Source: Spirogloea muscicola (Eukaryota). From it: 64,000 nucleotides of DNA. Positions 59,177 to 64,000 of this stretch are shown here, piece by piece. Within the stretch, counting starts at the first letter, position 1. The number at the start of each line of letters is the position of its first letter. The DNA lies in NCBI GenBank assembly GCA_009602725.1, contig WELB01000028.1, positions 836,035-900,034 of the forward strand. The letters are read 5' to 3'. The position numbers and the translations under genes were made by a program. The notes under the pieces were generated by a model. That model was given only the letters and a program-made list of their open reading frames with translations, ran no database searches and was not told where the DNA came from.

Positions 59177-60455
59177 ACGTGCTGAGGGAATACAGGTCCA
59201 AGCTTATGCCCTGCACCTTGGTGGATTTCTCGTCCTGTCAGACTTTGCAACATGATACAGTAGCTAGGTGCGTGGTGCTCTTTGCTAATACTTTGACTCT
59301 GGGCATCAGCGCCGTGTTCTAGATATATTGCTTGATGATCAGGTGTGCCAGGTCATAGGTCTTGTCTCCAGTTGCTGAGCATGCTACCAGCCTGCAATGG
59401 CAACTACACAGAGCGGCCATGTGAAGGGATAGCACCTAATTCCTCGGAGAATTTTCTGTCACAGGTGTGCGTGATCCTGTGTACGTCATCCTCAACCACT
59501 CTGGGTGAGCACGCGACTGTTATGAAGCTGTGCATATGCAGTGTGCTGGTTGTGGCCTCTTGCTCCAAGAAGAGGGGGAAAGGCGCTTCCAGTAGAGGGC
59601 GATGGCGGTGAGAGGCCAGCTCAGAAGAAAGAGTGTACACAGAAGCCTTACAACCCGACCTGTTGAGAATTTCAGCCCTCAATCCCTAGACCTATGGTTG
59701 ATAATCAAGTCCTAATTCCTAGTTCCAATAATACATGTCTACATATGCTACTTGTTGCACACTAGAATCAGATGTGGACGACTCTGGAATGGTGATGCAT
59801 GGGAAAGCGCTGTAGCATTGAAGCAGTGGTAGGTGGCGCATGCTACAATATGCCTGACTCTGCCTCCCATGCTCGTTTGCTCAATGGGCAAAGGTATGGG
59901 GACCGGTAGCGGGATTGTAGTTCCTGCTTACGTGTGCTGGCTGCGACCATGTGATCATTGCCGCGTGCTCCTATCAAAGGATCCTGCCAAGAGTGGGCAC
60001 CATCTTGGCACGTAATGATGACTCAGAGTGCCCTTACACCGATGTCAGAATGTGAAGGATGCAATAAGGGGCTAACTAAACTAACAGCACTGAAGGGGGC
60101 ATTGGCTGCTCGTGGCCAGACAGCAAGAACAAATTCTGAAAATTTGCTCTGAAGTACGAGTTGCTGCAGCTGAGGCAGTAGCAGTATGATCCAGCCATCG
60201 CGCCGCAGCCTCGATGTCAGTCCTGGCCCTGTACCGTAGACAAGCCTGATCCAGGAGATGTGGTGGCGGTGGCATGCATGCGATGCTCACAGGAGCGGCG
60301 GCATTGGTACTGAAGAGGCCTTCCATGGGGGCGTCTGCGCCGCCCAACGCCGCTCCCGTAGCTGGGTACCCCACCACGCCGTCCCGGTCCTTCAGCTCCG
60401 TGAGCTTGTGCTGAAGGAAGCTGAGATGGGAAAGCCAGCGCCGCCGCCATGGCCG

Positions 60456-61140
60456 TCAATCAAGGTGGGTCCTCTGAGGACGCCCGCGGTGGGCGGCGCT
60501 GAGCCCGCGGCTGCAGCAGCATAGCAGCTCCCAGGAGCGGCGTTGTGCGAGCAATCGAGAGAAAGGCTCTTCCAGTAGAGGGCGATAATTGTGGTTTGGC
60601 CATTCCAGGAAATTGGATGAACAGAGTTCGTCGAAGGGGCCAGAAAAGCGCTTCAGCACACAGCGACTCAAGTAGGCCGCGCCATCGCTCGTGGAAGCAG
60701 GCCGGCTTTAATATCTCGGATTATGATTTGGGGTTTAGTATTTTGGGAAGTTAGGGTTTAGGAGTCTAGGTTTAGGTGCTTGGCGTCTTGGGTACCGGAT
60801 CTCCTTGCGCAGGCGGCGCCACTCCACCCTGGCAGCCAGGAGCTCCGCGCTCGCCTCCAGCGCCTTCTGTGCAGCGAGGAGCCCCACTGCGATGTGCATG
60901 AGAAGCCGGCAGCTCGGCAGGGCCGCGGCGAACGCCGCTGCCGCCACCGCCGCCGCCAGTCCTCGTTGGCGAGGCCGGGATGCGCAGCGGAGGGCCGCAC
61001 CGCCTCCATCTGGAAGAACTCGCGAGCGAGCGCCGCGCACTTGCGCGCGTACGGGTCGGTGTCGGCTACGGCCCGCTGCAGCTCCGGGAAGAGGGTCATG
61101 GCGGGCCGCCGCGCCGCCTCGAGCCGGGCCTGCGCCGGGC
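60456..61140 (-). CDS. Hypothetical protein fragment (three putative exons; 5' end at N join)
   Basis: LFPELQRAVADTDPYARKCAALAREFFQMEA | KALEASAELLAARVEWRRLRKEIR | RPASTSDGAAYLSRCVLK...* join in frame through GT-AG sites. Confidence 0.4.
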
Positions 61141-61374
61141 NTCAATGCATAGACAGAGGAACATTATGTATGACATCATGACACATGACTGCTGCACTTC
61201 CATTACTTCGTTCCCTTGCTCTACCACATGTCTCTTGGACTTATTTCTCAGGAGATCACCTTGTACCGTGGAGTAGCAGCCTGCTAAATTGGCCAGCCCC
61301 TGTGCATAATCTAAATCATATAGTTTGTGTCTCAAGAAACTCATGTCTCTGCATTTGAAGCCAAGAAAACGTAC

Positions 61375-63259
61375 CTGTAGGGGGCTACAAAGGTTGGCAT
61401 GATATATCTGAAATATGTAAAGAAGGAGAATTTCCAAGGCATACGTTGACAGGAGCCCTTGATTGGCTCCAATAATGTGGCTCTCGTAGCAGGCCCAAGC
61501 CTTGACTAGGATAACACTCTGCTTGAAAAGGTGATCTCGCCGGATGAGACGGTCAACCTATGAGCCACAAACAATGGCAATGCAGGACATGAGTCTCTAC
61601 ATGCTTGTGAAAGCCTTGCAAGACATGCACATCTAACTTGGGTCGTCCACTGCTCCTTCAGAACTTGTCTTGTCTGATGCTGCTGTCTTTGTGTAAGTTC
61701 ACATGTCATAGAGACCCACATGCCAAGCATCGGTTTGTTATTCCAGGTCAGACTAATAAGCTTCCTACAATGACCAAGGCACATGGTAATATGGCAAAAG
61801 CCCGATATGTGAAGCAAAGTACCTGTTCAAGAAAGCAGAGTGTACCCAGACCTCCAAGCTGGTCAAATGAGATGTCAACCATGATGCCTTCTATACAGCA
61901 TTTTATAAGACGGACCTGATAGGTGCAAGAGTACAAAGAATCAGTACATTATTGCCTCTTTCACTTCAAACTTCACCTCCGAGCATTTGCAGTGAACTTG
62001 GCCAAGCTGACCGGGCTTTGCTTGCAAGGCATTGCATTGAACACTGATCTAAAGTTTAAACAGATGTGACAGCAGTTTCGCATGCTATATTGACTAGAGG
62101 CTGTCATACTGTCATTATCTTGTCCAATCAGGCCTCAGAAGCTGTTAAAATATGTATGTACTGCTGTGCAGCTGCACAGCTTCACAGCTGCATAACAGGT
62201 CCTTGACCCTAGCATTTGAGAATAGCACAGTGTACCTTGGCTTCAATAAGAACAACGCCCGTCACTTTGTACAATGCCCCAGGATTGCGCATTTCACTAT
62301 CGAGGACTCGTTTAAGCTCATATGCCCAAATGTCCTTGACGGCCTGGATCTGACAGAAAATTGTCAAATCGATATCTCCAAGAGGGAGATATGTCTTCAG
62401 AGGCACTGAACCAAATGTGAAGACCTGCACATCAAGCAAAGGGAGTCTGAAGCAAGACCCTGATGAAGCGACTGCAACAGGACGCCCGCTCATCCTAGGA
62501 CTATATGCTCAAATTCCATCTGTCAAGCAGCTGGCATACTAAAATAGCCTAAATGACCACGAAGAGTGCTGCACACGGTCTCTAAATGCATGTCCGTGCA
62601 GTATACCCCTGTGCCAGCCTGCTGAAAGGAGCGCTTGACACAGAATCTTTACCCCCTGAGACAGGCCATGGCAGCCTCTGCACAAACCTGCCTACCAAAC
62701 TGCCTACTGCTAGACACACAACAAGTAGCAATGCAAACCACGTCCTCCTTGGGAATGATCTGGCAGTGCCAGGACAGACCAGGCTTGGAAGACAGAGCAC
62801 CGAAGTGGTGGATGGATAAGCGCTGCACCAGCACTGACTTAGCTATCTGCTCCAGGATGCAGTCGGGCTCACCTGGCAGTCAAAGCACCTCTGTGTGAGG
62901 TGGCGTACATACTCAACGATGTTGGCGCGGCGGACATCCGCCTGCCTCGTCGGCTGTATCCTCGCAATGAGCTCCGAAATACGGTCGTTGACAGCCGCCA
63001 GCCATCGCCGACCGTCCTCCTGCCGGCGCCTGTGCGATGGAGCCTCAATGCTTCCAGATGTGCTCGCCGAATCTGCGACATCCTGGTCAACTGGACCGGT
63101 AACAACCGACTCACTCCTGCTGCTCTCGCATCGATCTTCACAACTGGCATGTCCTCCTTGCTTGTGGAAGATCTCGTCGCCGACGTCGAACAGGTGCCTG
63201 GACACTCCTAAGCCCTCAGCAGGATGTGGTGGTGCCGGGAAGAACCGGCTCTCAAGCAT
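61375..63259 (-). CDS. Non-canonical nucleotidyltransferase (plant NTP / Trf4-like, PAP/OAS1 family); 3' exons missing at the N join
   Basis: LIARIQPT..ADVRRANIVEYV, VFTFGSVPLKTYLPLGDIDL, VRLIKCCIEGIMVDISFDQLGGLGTLCFLE, HLFKQSVILVKAWACYESHIIGA..GLLSTYALE. Confidence 0.9.
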
Positions 63260-63379
63260 CGTAGGCGGTTCCCGAGCGGGGCCGTCAGCCGCGGTAGCAG
63301 CGGCGGCGGAGGCGGCGGCGGCCGCGGCGGCGGCGGCGGCGGGAGGCTGCGGGAGAGGCGCAAACGGCGGCGCGCCGCC

Positions 63380-63738
63380 ATGGGCGCCGGCAACCCCGCT
63401 GCGACGCTGTTCCTCGGTGACCGCCAGAGCCTTGCTCCTCGTCGGCGCCACTGGGGCTCTCGTCTCCCGCGCCTTCTCGCGACGGCGCTGGAATCGTCTG
63501 AGTCTTTGCCGTGCCTTTGGCAGGCAACCTCCACGAGCGCGTGGACGAGCGGCTGCTGCTGGAGCTGATGGCCCAGGCGGGCCCCGTGGCGGACGTCCAC
63601 ATCCCGCGCGACCGCGAGACGCGCCGCCACCGCGGCTACGCCTTCGCCGAGTACGAGACCGAGGAGAGCGCGCGCTACGCGCTCGGGCTCTTCTCGGCGC
63701 AGCCCATCTACCTGTACCACCGCCTCGTGCGCTTCATG
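63380..63738 (+). CDS. RBM7: RBM7-like single-RRM protein (probably continues beyond this exon)
   Basis: MGAGNPAATLFL-GNLHERVDERLLLELMAQAGPVADVHIPRDRETRRHRGYAFAEYETEESARYALGLFS. The AFAEYETEE..LFS pattern resembles plant RBM7 more than SF3B4. Confidence 0.75.
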
Positions 63739-64000
63739 GCGAGTCCCTCGCTGCCTACGACTGCCGGACGCCATTCCTTTAACTTGCCAAGCCTTGTCTT
63801 GCTTTGACCGGCCTTGCCCTGCCCTGCCTTGCCTTCCGCAGCCTTCCTCGCCCTCGAGCCCTGGCACCTGCTCTGCGGCTGCTGGCTGGTCAAGCCCTCA
63901 CCTGCATCTTCGAGCGTCGCCCAAAGTCGGCCGAGCACGTCCCAGCTGGCATGTTGCTTGACTAGTAGCCCAATTAGCGCTCTGGGTGGGCTTGTCCTGC

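Overview
GC-rich, intron-containing eukaryotic DNA. The gene content is green-lineage/streptophyte-like; a streptophyte alga is my inference from plant-type orthologues, short introns and dense packing. The draft assembly has two large N gaps and several single-N joins. About 16 spliced genes can be assembled by eye: CDK5RAP3/C53, RBM42, SAG18-like ceramidase-family protein, IST1-like, a two-RRM Gly-rich hnRNP, RSH2/3, a rhodanese, RHF2A-like RING E3, a YCII protein, a leishmanolysin-like M8 protease, a nepenthesin-like aspartic protease, pseudouridine-5'-phosphate glycosidase, an NTP-family nucleotidyltransferase, RBM7-like, and three orphans. Intergenic space holds several subfamilies of a CRE-like (RT + restriction-like endonuclease) non-LTR retrotransposon. 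These lack poly(A) tails, share a 3' GGGCTGG..CCAGCCC hairpin, carry visible target-site duplications, nest inside each other and cluster upstream of gene starts. Other notable signals are a U12-type AT-AC intron and a PTS2 in the glycosidase, five shuffled-AIM-like motifs in C53, a convergent IST1/hnRNP overlap, and a very tight head-to-head NTP/RBM7 pair. All calls come from manual motif recognition and no searches were run.
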